Assembly (NCBI GenBank): GCA_050117705.1
Contig: JASFMF010000001.1
Span: 1-25,388, forward strand
Reading direction: 5' to 3'
DNA: 25,388 nucleotides
DNA from: Phycisphaerales bacterium
GTDB taxonomy: Bacteria > Planctomycetota > Phycisphaerae > Sedimentisphaerales > Anaerobacaceae
Made by a program: the position numbers and the translations under genes. Shown in pieces: positions 18,899 to 25,388 of the stretch; within the stretch, counting starts at the first letter, position 1, and every line of letters begins with the position of its first letter. The notes beneath the pieces were generated by a model. It was not told where the DNA came from and ran no database searches. It was given only the letters and a program-made list of their open reading frames with translations.

Positions 18899-20143
18899 TC
18901 AATTAAAATATGATTTGGTCTTGATCGGCGTTACGTTTGTTTTGCGTTTATTCCTTGCGGCTCGCATTTGACCCTCAAGTGCGTATCTAAGTGAGTCGAT
19001 GACATGATTCTCGCACTTATCGTCGATTACAGGAAGCACTTTGCCGGTGTCTTTATCGACTTTATAGCTATAATGCTGAAATTCATCTATTCCATGCCGA
19101 CATCTCGGATGGATAACGATATCATACGATTTTAAGAATTCGATGCCCTCTTTAACGCTTTCTTTGCCTTTTTTTGCCGCATATATTTTTTTAAAACCGT
19201 TTTTATTTAAATGGCTGATCGTTTCCGGCCTGGCGCTGTCCGCTATGATCGGCCATTCGTCCGACTCCGGTATGGTCCCGAACAGGTCCGGCGTGTCAAG
19301 GATCTCGCAGCCCACTTGCCAGGCTTCGTAATCAATATAAAGCTTACGACCGATAACAAAGCTCCTGATTAATACCGTAGGGTCATTGGCAAAACCCCAA
19401 TCGGCCCCGAAATGGAACATGGCATCATCCGGCGTATCGAAATCCTCTGTTTTCCAGTTTTTAAAAACTTTGGCTTCAGCGTTCTGTACGTATTCTCCGC
19501 ACCAGACATGTAAATATTTTTCATAATCTCTTTGCCGGTCATACAGCATTTCTTCGCGGCTTGGCTGCGGAAACCAGACATTGTCCCAATAATTACAGTT
19601 TACCAGAATAGTGCCCGGCGGCGGTTTTGCGGCCCGGAAAAAATTATTTACCGGGTCTTCAGGATAACGGGGATTCCAAATAAACCAAAGCTCGCTGTTT
19701 TCTTTCCGTCTAATCGTAGGTCTGAGTAAATCAAGGCTGTTTTGACTTAGATTCTGGGCCTCTTCAACTATGCCTATATCAAAGCCTTCAAGTGATTTAA
19801 TACTCTCACTGTTATGGTGCTGCATGCCCTGGAATATGGTTATGCCGCCGTTGGGGTTATGAATTTCATTTTTTAAAACTCGAAACAGCGACGATAAGCC
19901 TTCCCGGTCTATTATCGTTTCAATGGCCCGCTTCATACTGTGGCGCAGATCCTTTTGAACTTCACGGATACAGACGCAATCCGTTTTTTCGGCCACGCAG
20001 CGTTCGATCAGCATTTCGGAAAAGAACCAGGATTTGCCCGATGATCTGCCGCCGTAAGCGGCGCGATAATTGGCTCTTTTAGCTGTAAGGGGTTTGGCCC
20101 AACGGGGAGTTTGGAAGCTTAAGGTGGTGCCTCTAATCGTCAT
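18899..20143 (-). CDS. terL: Terminase large subunit (PBSX/Sf6 type)
   Basis: Walker A GGRSSGKS, CIRE, Walker B IVEEAQ, WNP, nuclease GADWG..NDPT, ADSARPETI and NHVIDSLRYA. Confidence 0.95.
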   Translation of the reverse strand: MTIRGTTLSFQTPRWAKPLTAKRANYRAAYGGRSSGKSWFFSEMLIERCVAEKTDCVCIREVQKDLRHSMKRAIETIIDREGLSSLFRVLKNEIHNPNGGITIFQGMQHHNSESIKSLEGFDIGIVEEAQNLSQNSLDLLRPTIRRKENSELWFIWNPRYPEDPVNNFFRAAKPPPGTILVNCNYWDNVWFPQPSREEMLYDRQRDYEKYLHVWCGEYVQNAEAKVFKNWKTEDFDTPDDAMFHFGADWGFANDPTVLIRSFVIGRKLYIDYEAWQVGCEILDTPDLFGTIPESDEWPIIADSARPETISHLNKNGFKKIYAAKKGKESVKEGIEFLKSYDIVIHPRCRHGIDEFQHYSYKVDKDTGKVLPVIDDKCENHVIDSLRYALEGQMRAARNKRKTNVTPIKTKSYFN

Positions 20144-20564
20144 TGATTTTGATTATAACCGGTGCGGCGGATTTATGCGGGATTTCTTCAATGGGGTTCG
20201 GATCGATAATGACACGCTCTATCTTTTCGATTCTAATATTACAATCAAGATCACCTATAATTTCTTGCTTTTCTACATATCCTCTATGTTTACCTTTGGT
20301 TTTAAGAAAAAAAATAGCTGCCGTCAGGTTTTTTTCAGCGGCAAATTTAGTATGAACCGTATTTTCAGCGGCATCCAACAGCGTTTCGTTTATTTTATCC
20401 CTTGCTCGTTGAAGTTTAGGGCTTCGCTTAATGCGTTGAACGATAGCCGGGTGCGTTACACCTAAAATAGCCGCGGCTTTAGTGACAAGCCCGTTAGACT
20501 TGATTAAAGCACGCTCTATCTGGCCTATCGTAAGATTACCTTTTTTCGCTTTTTTCTTTGCCAT
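20133..20564 (-). CDS. terS: Terminase small subunit
   Basis: N-terminal HTH (GLVTKAAAILGVTHPAI) and AAIFFLKTKGKHRGYVE motif. Overlaps the terL start. Confidence 0.75.
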   Translation of the reverse strand: MAKKKAKKGNLTIGQIERALIKSNGLVTKAAAILGVTHPAIVQRIKRSPKLQRARDKINETLLDAAENTVHTKFAAEKNLTAAIFFLKTKGKHRGYVEKQEIIGDLDCNIRIEKIERVIIDPNPIEEIPHKSAAPVIIKINDD

Positions 20565-20594
20565 CTTTTTATCTGTAATAAATGTTATGTAAAT

Positions 20595-21473
20595 TCAGGA
20601 GTTTGCGACTCTTACAAGTTTCATCCCATAATCATTTATCCCCGGCTCTATTTTCGAATCTTTTCTTTTTTTAAGTTTTATTTTTTTAAACTTTCTATAG
20701 TCCGTATAATGATGCCAGCGTCCGAATCTCCAGACAACCTTAGTACAATCGGGATGCAATCTCGCTATCATTTTTGATTTTTCTAGTGTTCCATCGGCAT
20801 AAATTTCATCCGTATTACCGCCTTTCATTTTTTGAGTCGTTAATTTTTGCTGTAAAAAAGTGTTGAAAAGTATAGTACACCAGCCGGCTTTCATCATTCT
20901 AATCGATAAATCGGTATCCTCGTTATAACGACCACGCCAACGAAACGGAACATCGTTTCTAATAAAATTACAGGAATATATTCTAGTATTAGGTGTAAAT
21001 GGCGGTTTTTTAGATCTATCGGGAATAAACATTACATAATTAGGGCCGCCCATCGCTACGTTTTCATAACGTTTAATGAAATCCTCTATACATTTAAAAA
21101 TCGTGCCGTCTCTTACATATTGACGTTTATTATTATTCAAGCGTCTAAAATTCCTGATATTATCATCCATTATCCAATGATAATCAAAGCCGTTAGAGAT
21201 ACTGTAATCCCAAATAAAATTTCTTGCCGGTCCCGATCCACGGCTTTCATTGTCTTCCAATTTACAGCAAGCGTCATAATTTTTTTGATATTTTTTATCT
21301 AATATAACCAATTTGACGAACGGATTATCTTTAGTATAAAGCTTGTATTTTTTATATTCCTGATCTTCGATGATTAAATGATATTTTACTTTCATTATTG
21401 ATAAATAATCGCTCGTAAGACGTTTTTCATAGCGTCCTTTAGACGGGATATGGATCGGGTATTCAGGATTCAT
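20595..21473 (-). CDS. GT-A fold glycosyltransferase, TAGT/GREB1-like phage family
   Basis: IPSKGR, GPARN, WIMDDNI (DxD-like), RYNEDTDLS, QKMKGGNTD and RFGRWHH motifs. Confidence 0.8.
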   Translation of the reverse strand: MNPEYPIHIPSKGRYEKRLTSDYLSIMKVKYHLIIEDQEYKKYKLYTKDNPFVKLVILDKKYQKNYDACCKLEDNESRGSGPARNFIWDYSISNGFDYHWIMDDNIRNFRRLNNNKRQYVRDGTIFKCIEDFIKRYENVAMGGPNYVMFIPDRSKKPPFTPNTRIYSCNFIRNDVPFRWRGRYNEDTDLSIRMMKAGWCTILFNTFLQQKLTTQKMKGGNTDEIYADGTLEKSKMIARLHPDCTKVVWRFGRWHHYTDYRKFKKIKLKKRKDSKIEPGINDYGMKLVRVANS

Positions 21474-22119
21474 CTTTATAAGCTACGGATTTAACATCAT
21501 CCCTAATTTTTTTCGGATGATAAATGTATTTAGCGTCATCACTAACGACTTGTTTAATTAAAAGACAAAAATCTTTAAAATAATCTTCATTTTCAAAATG
21601 TACGATCAAACTTTTATACGGAGCATCGTCTTCCTGGTTAAATTCAGGCATTCCGTCCCATTCGGCATTAGGATCGACAGCATCATCATCTAATTCACCT
21701 ATAATAATTTCGGGAATATCGATAAAATTGCCTATCTCGGGAATATCGATATCAAAATCAAAAGTAAAAACCTGAAAACCTTCCTGATCGATCTTGGCAT
21801 AACGTGAATTGATTAAAAGCAGCTTTTCCGCAGCCTCTTTCTCGTTTTTCGCCTCGATCCGCACCACCGGAAGCTCATTACCCTTGATTTTATAACCATC
21901 AGATACAAGCTGCTTGACGGCCTTTAGCCGCTGGTGACCATCCAGAATTTTATTTTTCCATACGAATAACGGAAACGAAAAGCCGTACTTTAAAATCGAT
22001 TTCTTGAGCTTTTCAAGCTCGTCGTCCGAAATGGTTTTAAGCTCGCCCTGAAAAGCTTCAAGCTCAATTATCTCTAAGCCGTCTGCGGCTTTACATTTTA
22101 TTTTTATTTCTTTTGTCAT
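21463..22119 (-). CDS. ParB-like N-terminal domain protein with a TAGT-associated C-terminal domain
   Basis: LKKSILKYGF..P..VWKNKILDGHQRLKA is a ParB/Srx motif. C-terminal EWDGMPEFNQED..LIVHF...YHP is typical of the gene upstream of phage TAGTs. Confidence 0.8.
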   Translation of the reverse strand: MTKEIKIKCKAADGLEIIELEAFQGELKTISDDELEKLKKSILKYGFSFPLFVWKNKILDGHQRLKAVKQLVSDGYKIKGNELPVVRIEAKNEKEAAEKLLLINSRYAKIDQEGFQVFTFDFDIDIPEIGNFIDIPEIIIGELDDDAVDPNAEWDGMPEFNQEDDAPYKSLIVHFENEDYFKDFCLLIKQVVSDDAKYIYHPKKIRDDVKSVAYKDES

Positions 22120-22387
22120 AACTAAACTTGACTAAACCGAACCGTTACGATTTACTCTAACCATACTTTACTGTAGTGAACCAAACCATCACGATACTCC
22201 ACATTACAATACCATCACAGTTTACGCTATCTTACAATACCATCACAACACCTGGCTACACCAAACCATCACGGAACTCTACTGAACGAGACCGAAACAA
22301 TATAATACTTGACATTACCAAACCTTAACAAGACTATAACCGGACGTTACTGCATAATACGTCACGTTACTTAAACATGAGGTTACC
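22120..22387 (-). repeat. Non-coding pentamer array (NGT-NN)x51, candidate guide-RNA (vrRNA-like) locus
   Basis: Parsed by hand on the minus strand: 51 five-nt units plus 14 inserted nt. 45 units start NGT (15 GGT, 13 AGT, 9 TGT, 8 CGT), position 3 is T in 50 of 51, and positions 4-5 vary. No credible ORF. It fills the gap between the RAMP stop and the ParB start. Confidence 0.9.
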
Positions 22388-22388
22388 G

Positions 22389-23102
22389 TCACTTTATATA
22401 TTTAACGGACAATAGCTTATATTTACCATAACCGCCCGAGCCGCGCCATTGGCCCAGACCATTATATTTGCCAAATTTTAAAGCCTCGACTAATACTTCC
22501 GGCGTTAATCCCTTGTCATTTTTAAATAATTGAACTTCAAATTTAAATTTCGAATTTCTATTGATCACATCGCCTTTGCCCAGAAAAACCCGATCGCCTT
22601 TAGGTGTCTGTGCTCTGATCGACCGCTCGATGGTATTATCGGCATATTGGATCGGATGCTCTTCATCATCGCGGTAAAATCTAATTTTACGCGGGTTTAT
22701 CTTTACAAATAAATCCGTGCTTTTTTTATATGCTAAAACCTTGCAAAATCCATTTGCCGTAAGGCAATAGATATTGGCTTTAATATTTCCCAATATCATA
22801 TAATTAAATATAAAGACGCCAAAAACATCATTATGAAATCCGGTAGCCGTCTTTTCGCAGGCATCCGAGACGGACTCGATTTCTTCGTTCATTTCCGCTG
22901 CTGTTTTTATTGGGTGACCTTGAAATTCACCCATTTTATTTTGAACGTAATCGGTAAAAATCTTTTTGTTTTTCGGGACCGTTCCGATCATGGATTCGAT
23001 CAATTTAGCTGTAATTTTAATTTTTATACTCTCAATTTGATTTTTATCTTCAACAATCTCGTCCAATTCTTTTCTTGATGGAACGACCCATTTTGTGCCC
23101 AT
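22389..23102 (-). CDS. Stand-alone RAMP/Cas7-like protein (Vipr-like)
   Basis: 237 aa. First RRM-like strand IKITAKLIESMIGTVP, helix YMILGNIKA, ERSIRAQTPKGDRV, and a terminal Gly-rich loop GLGQWRGSGGYGKY followed by a beta strand, the RAMP signature. SD AAGGA. Confidence 0.8.
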   Translation of the reverse strand: MGTKWVVPSRKELDEIVEDKNQIESIKIKITAKLIESMIGTVPKNKKIFTDYVQNKMGEFQGHPIKTAAEMNEEIESVSDACEKTATGFHNDVFGVFIFNYMILGNIKANIYCLTANGFCKVLAYKKSTDLFVKINPRKIRFYRDDEEHPIQYADNTIERSIRAQTPKGDRVFLGKGDVINRNSKFKFEVQLFKNDKGLTPEVLVEALKFGKYNGLGQWRGSGGYGKYKLLSVKYIK

Positions 23103-23105
23103 TTG

Positions 23106-23426
23106 TCATTCCTTTTTAACTTTGCCGTTTAGTTCCAGCTTTACTAGTATGCGGATTATATTTTCGTTCATGGCCTCCAACCTGGCCGACATTCTATCGA
23201 TAGCGCTATCGCTTTTGCGCATGTTTTGCCAGATCAGATCCCGGTATTCCCTGCAAGCTTTATGATCGACGATATTCAGCCGGCCGCTTTCCTGCCAAAT
23301 AATGCTGTGCTCTTTTTTTTGCTGATTTTTCAGATTATATAATTCATTTTTAAATGCCAAAAATATACCGATAACCGAAGCGGCCCAGCCTACGATATAA
23401 AGAACGTCTTTAATCGTGAATGTCAT
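23106..23426 (-). CDS. Small membrane protein, one N-terminal TM helix plus coiled coil (holin-like?)
   Basis: VLYIVGWAASVIGIFLAF hydrophobic segment followed by an amphipathic helix. Confidence 0.55.
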   Translation of the reverse strand: MTFTIKDVLYIVGWAASVIGIFLAFKNELYNLKNQQKKEHSIIWQESGRLNIVDHKACREYRDLIWQNMRKSDSAIDRMSARLEAMNENIIRILVKLELNGKVKKE

Positions 23427-23631
23427 TTTTCATCTTCAAGGTGTCTTCCATCGGTAGTTTTTTTATAAAATCAGCTGATTTTTCGAACATATCGACCCAA
23501 TCGTTATAGGCCAGATACTCGTTTTCAATTTTTTGATGGTGTTTAGGATGAGCACACCACCGGTCGAAATCGGCAAAGCTAAAGTAATAGCATATAAAGC
23601 ATGCCTTTTTAAAACGGTTCGTGATATTCAT
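23410..23631 (-). CDS. Small Cys/His protein
   Basis: CFIC...WCAHPKHH. Start moved to ATG 23631 because the longer version overlaps the upstream Zn-finger ORF. Confidence 0.5.
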   Translation of the reverse strand: MNITNRFKKACFICYYFSFADFDRWCAHPKHHQKIENEYLAYNDWVDMFEKSADFIKKLPMEDTLKMKNDIHD

Positions 23632-23728
23632 GACAATATCCGCAGTATTTGTGCCTAACGTCATACTCGTTATAAGATATCATGCCGCACTTTAAGCACT
23701 TGATAGCCGACCCTAGACAGATAATCAT
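23609..23728 (-). CDS. 39-aa zinc-finger protein
   Basis: Below the ORF cutoff. Hand translation: MIICLGSAIKCLKCGMISYNEYDVRHKYCGYCHEYHEPF, with two CxxC pairs matching a recurrent small phage family (C..CG..SYN..D....YCG.CH). Confidence 0.7.
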   Translation of the reverse strand: MIICLGSAIKCLKCGMISYNEYDVRHKYCGYCHEYHEPF

Positions 23729-23738
23729 ATAAGTCGCT

Positions 23739-24149
23739 TCAGGCGGCTTCGGTGTCCGCGTCCGCTCGATAATATCCTTTAAGGTCATTGTAAGATATCC
23801 GTTTGATTCGAGGCGACCAGATACGCAGTTTGCCGCCGCGCTTTTTTAGGATTTTGCGCCAGCTCCATATTTCAATATGGGTGCGGCCTCTGCCGGATGC
23901 CAGCCAGCAAAGTGCGTTGTCCGCATATTCTTCCGTGATTTTGCGATAATGAGCCGAGAAATCAGAACCGCAGCATTGAATGCCGATAATGCCCTGGCGG
24001 GGATGCATTGCCAATAGGTCGAAGATGTTGTAAAGATCGGATCGATGGCCGGGTTGTGCTTTTCGATTATGGCAGAAACGCTCAACTATGCCGCAGACCC
24101 TTCCGAGTTTTTTTTGCTCTGTAATGGTTCGTTGCATGTTGGAGCCCAT
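23739..24149 (-). CDS. PD-(D/E)XK-like nuclease (resolvase-like)
   Basis: QRT.....G..CGIVE.F...RSDLYNIFDLLA...IGIQ...IEIWSW follows the restriction-endonuclease fold pattern of a common phage family. Confidence 0.55.
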   Translation of the reverse strand: MGSNMQRTITEQKKLGRVCGIVERFCHNRKAQPGHRSDLYNIFDLLAMHPRQGIIGIQCCGSDFSAHYRKITEEYADNALCWLASGRGRTHIEIWSWRKILKKRGGKLRIWSPRIKRISYNDLKGYYRADADTEAA

Positions 24150-24187
24150 AAGAATCAACCCTTTTTTTGATTTAATTATCTGTTATG

Positions 24188-24967
24188 TTAAGGATTTTTG
24201 TCAACAAATCTTTTCCCTATACACTCTATCAGCGTTTTTAAATCCCGTTTGTACCGCTTATGCTCCCTTACGGCTTCGGCTTCGCCTTCCCTTACGGTTT
24301 TCCGATCGTATTTGTTAAATTCTTCCCTATGGTGAACCCCTTTACAAAAATATTTGACCGGGTTCGGTTTGTCCCGACACTCATCGGCGAGCCAAGCCAT
24401 ATAATCAAACCCGTTTTTATCGATTCCGATCGTAAGAAACGTATTACTGATATTCTGGTTCACGCTAGCCGGGATTTTATTTCTGAGTTTTTTAAGACAG
24501 TCAGCGGTAGCCGAATTCGACTCCGCGATGGGTGGTTTAGGGGGCTGTTTTTGAGGCGGTTCGGGGGGTGGGTTTAACTTTCTTTTTTCCCTTTCTTTTA
24601 TAAAAGGAATAGGAAGTGCGGATTTCCGCACTTCTGAAGTGCGGGTTTCCGCCTCCCTGATGGGCGGGTTTTCGACCAGTTTGAACACTAAGGACCGGCC
24701 GGTTGATTTGATGATAATGAGGCCTTTTCTAACCGCCTCCTTGACCACCTCTTTGGTTGACCGGATGGATTTGTTCAGCAGCTTTGAAAGCGTCGCTATT
24801 TTATATTCGATATGACCGTCGTCGCCGAACGCCGAATACAAAATCGACATTAGGCGAAAGAGCCTATCGGAAATATCGCTTCTTAAAGCCAATGTTCTTG
24901 GAATTGCGAAAAATACTTGATTTCGGATGGGATTGGTTTGATACGTTTGTAAAGCTATAGCTGTCAT
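24188..24967 (-). CDS. Replication initiator with an N-terminal winged HTH (lambda O/RepA-like architecture)
   Basis: FFAIP..L....DIS...FRL...L...IATLSKLLNKSIRSTK..V.E...KGLI wHTH, Pro-rich linker and internal iteron-like repeats. Confidence 0.65.
   Translation of the reverse strand: MTAIALQTYQTNPIRNQVFFAIPRTLALRSDISDRLFRLMSILYSAFGDDGHIEYKIATLSKLLNKSIRSTKEVVKEAVRKGLIIIKSTGRSLVFKLVENPPIREAETRTSEVRKSALPIPFIKEREKRKLNPPPEPPQKQPPKPPIAESNSATADCLKKLRNKIPASVNQNISNTFLTIGIDKNGFDYMAWLADECRDKPNPVKYFCKGVHHREEFNKYDRKTVREGEAEAVREHKRYKRDLKTLIECIGKRFVDKNP
24613..24680. repeat. Three 23-bp-period iteron-like repeats inside the initiator gene (candidate origin)
   Basis: gaagtgcgga-tt-tccgcacttc (24613-24634, perfect 10-bp arms), gaagtgcgggtttccgcctccc (24636) and gatgggcgggttttcgac (24659), next to an A/T-rich tract at about 24576-24605. 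Confidence 0.7.
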
Positions 24968-24990
24968 TAATTTAACCTTTCTTTGATTAA

Positions 24991-25182
24991 ACTCTTGACA
25001 GTTGCGGCTCTTAGTGGTTATTTCTATTGAAAATCAGGTTGATTCTGGTCTCAGATAGTCCGGGGGGAGAGTGATTTTAAAAACCGGCCGGTTCGCTTTA
25101 CGCGACCGATACTATCAACGGTTTTATTAACCTTTCACCGTTAAGTATCGAATGTGCCGCAAAGGCTGCAACTGTCAAGAGT
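24991..25182. promoter_or_regulatory. 18-bp inverted repeat pair, each arm containing TTGACA
   Basis: actcttgacagttgcggc (24991-25008) matches the reverse complement of gctgcaactgtcaagagt (25165-25182) at 17 of 18 positions. No convincing -10 element is paired with either arm. Confidence 0.55.
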
Positions 25183-25251
25183 ATTGAATTTTAAAAGACC
25201 GTAATAGTTAAGAGCATTAGCTTAAGACCGTAACCGTCAAGAGAATTCGAT

Positions 25252-25308
25252 CAACCAAGGCTGCAACCAACCAAGGCTGCAACCAAGGCTGCAACCAAGG
25301 CTGCAACC
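25252..25308. repeat. 12-bp tandem repeats (CAACCAAGGCTG)x4
   Basis: Exact copies at 25252, 25268, 25280 and 25292 plus a partial one. A further aaggctgcaac is at 25162-25172. Non-coding context. Confidence 0.9.
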
Positions 25309-25388
25309 GTCGAGAATCACTTTGCTACTGCGATGCCGATAGCTTTGAATGCCAAACCGCATTTGTCATGAGCTTTGAATTTTAAAAG

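Noticed and set aside
18868-18902. Sigma70-like promoter after terL (TTGACG-18 nt-TATAAA on the minus strand)
   Set aside because: Non-optimal spacing in an AT-rich gap, with no supporting evidence.
22336-22371. Concatenated NNs (AAGAATGCAACC) resemble the 12-bp repeat AAGGCTGCAACC at 10/12
   Set aside because: A 12-mer with up to 2 mismatches is expected about twice by chance in 50 kb of two-strand sequence. The match also needs a contiguous rather than gapped reading. A proper search is needed.
22120-22387. Reading the array as a CRISPR array or a protein-coding repeat
   Set aside because: There are no identical 23-47-bp repeats separated by unique spacers. The only minus-strand ATG near the start gives MFK-stop, and TAA/TGA triplets are frequent.
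23632-23664. Upstream start of the 84-aa ORF
   Set aside because: These bases encode the core of the 39-aa Zn-finger in another frame, so ATG 23631 is the more economical start.
1-25388. tRNA/rRNA genes, integrase, att sites, IS elements, host assignment
   Set aside because: None was recognised by eye. Lifestyle and host cannot be determined from this window.

Overview
The whole window is one minus-strand stretch of a tailed phage or prophage with a P22/Sf6/APSE-like podovirus head-tail module. In transcription order (right to left) it has: a repeat-rich non-coding control/origin region; a wHTH replication initiator with internal iteron-like repeats; a PD-(D/E)XK-like nuclease; small Zn-finger and membrane proteins; a lone RAMP/Cas7-like gene followed at once by a 268-nt non-coding array with 5-nt periodicity (NGT-NN, 51 units); a ParB-like protein and a TAGT/GREB1-like glycosyltransferase; TerS, TerL, portal, scaffold, coat and gp4; a Gly-rich fibre, gp10 and a split needle/knob cassette; a Q/P-rich protein and a cupin-SET fusion; three ejection proteins; a tailspike-like protein with a P22-type head-binding domain; and a second fibre that runs off the left edge. 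The standout is the RAMP gene plus pentamer array, a candidate RNA-guided VIPR-like system with no other cas genes and no CRISPR array. Family assignments come from motif recognition by eye, not from database searches.
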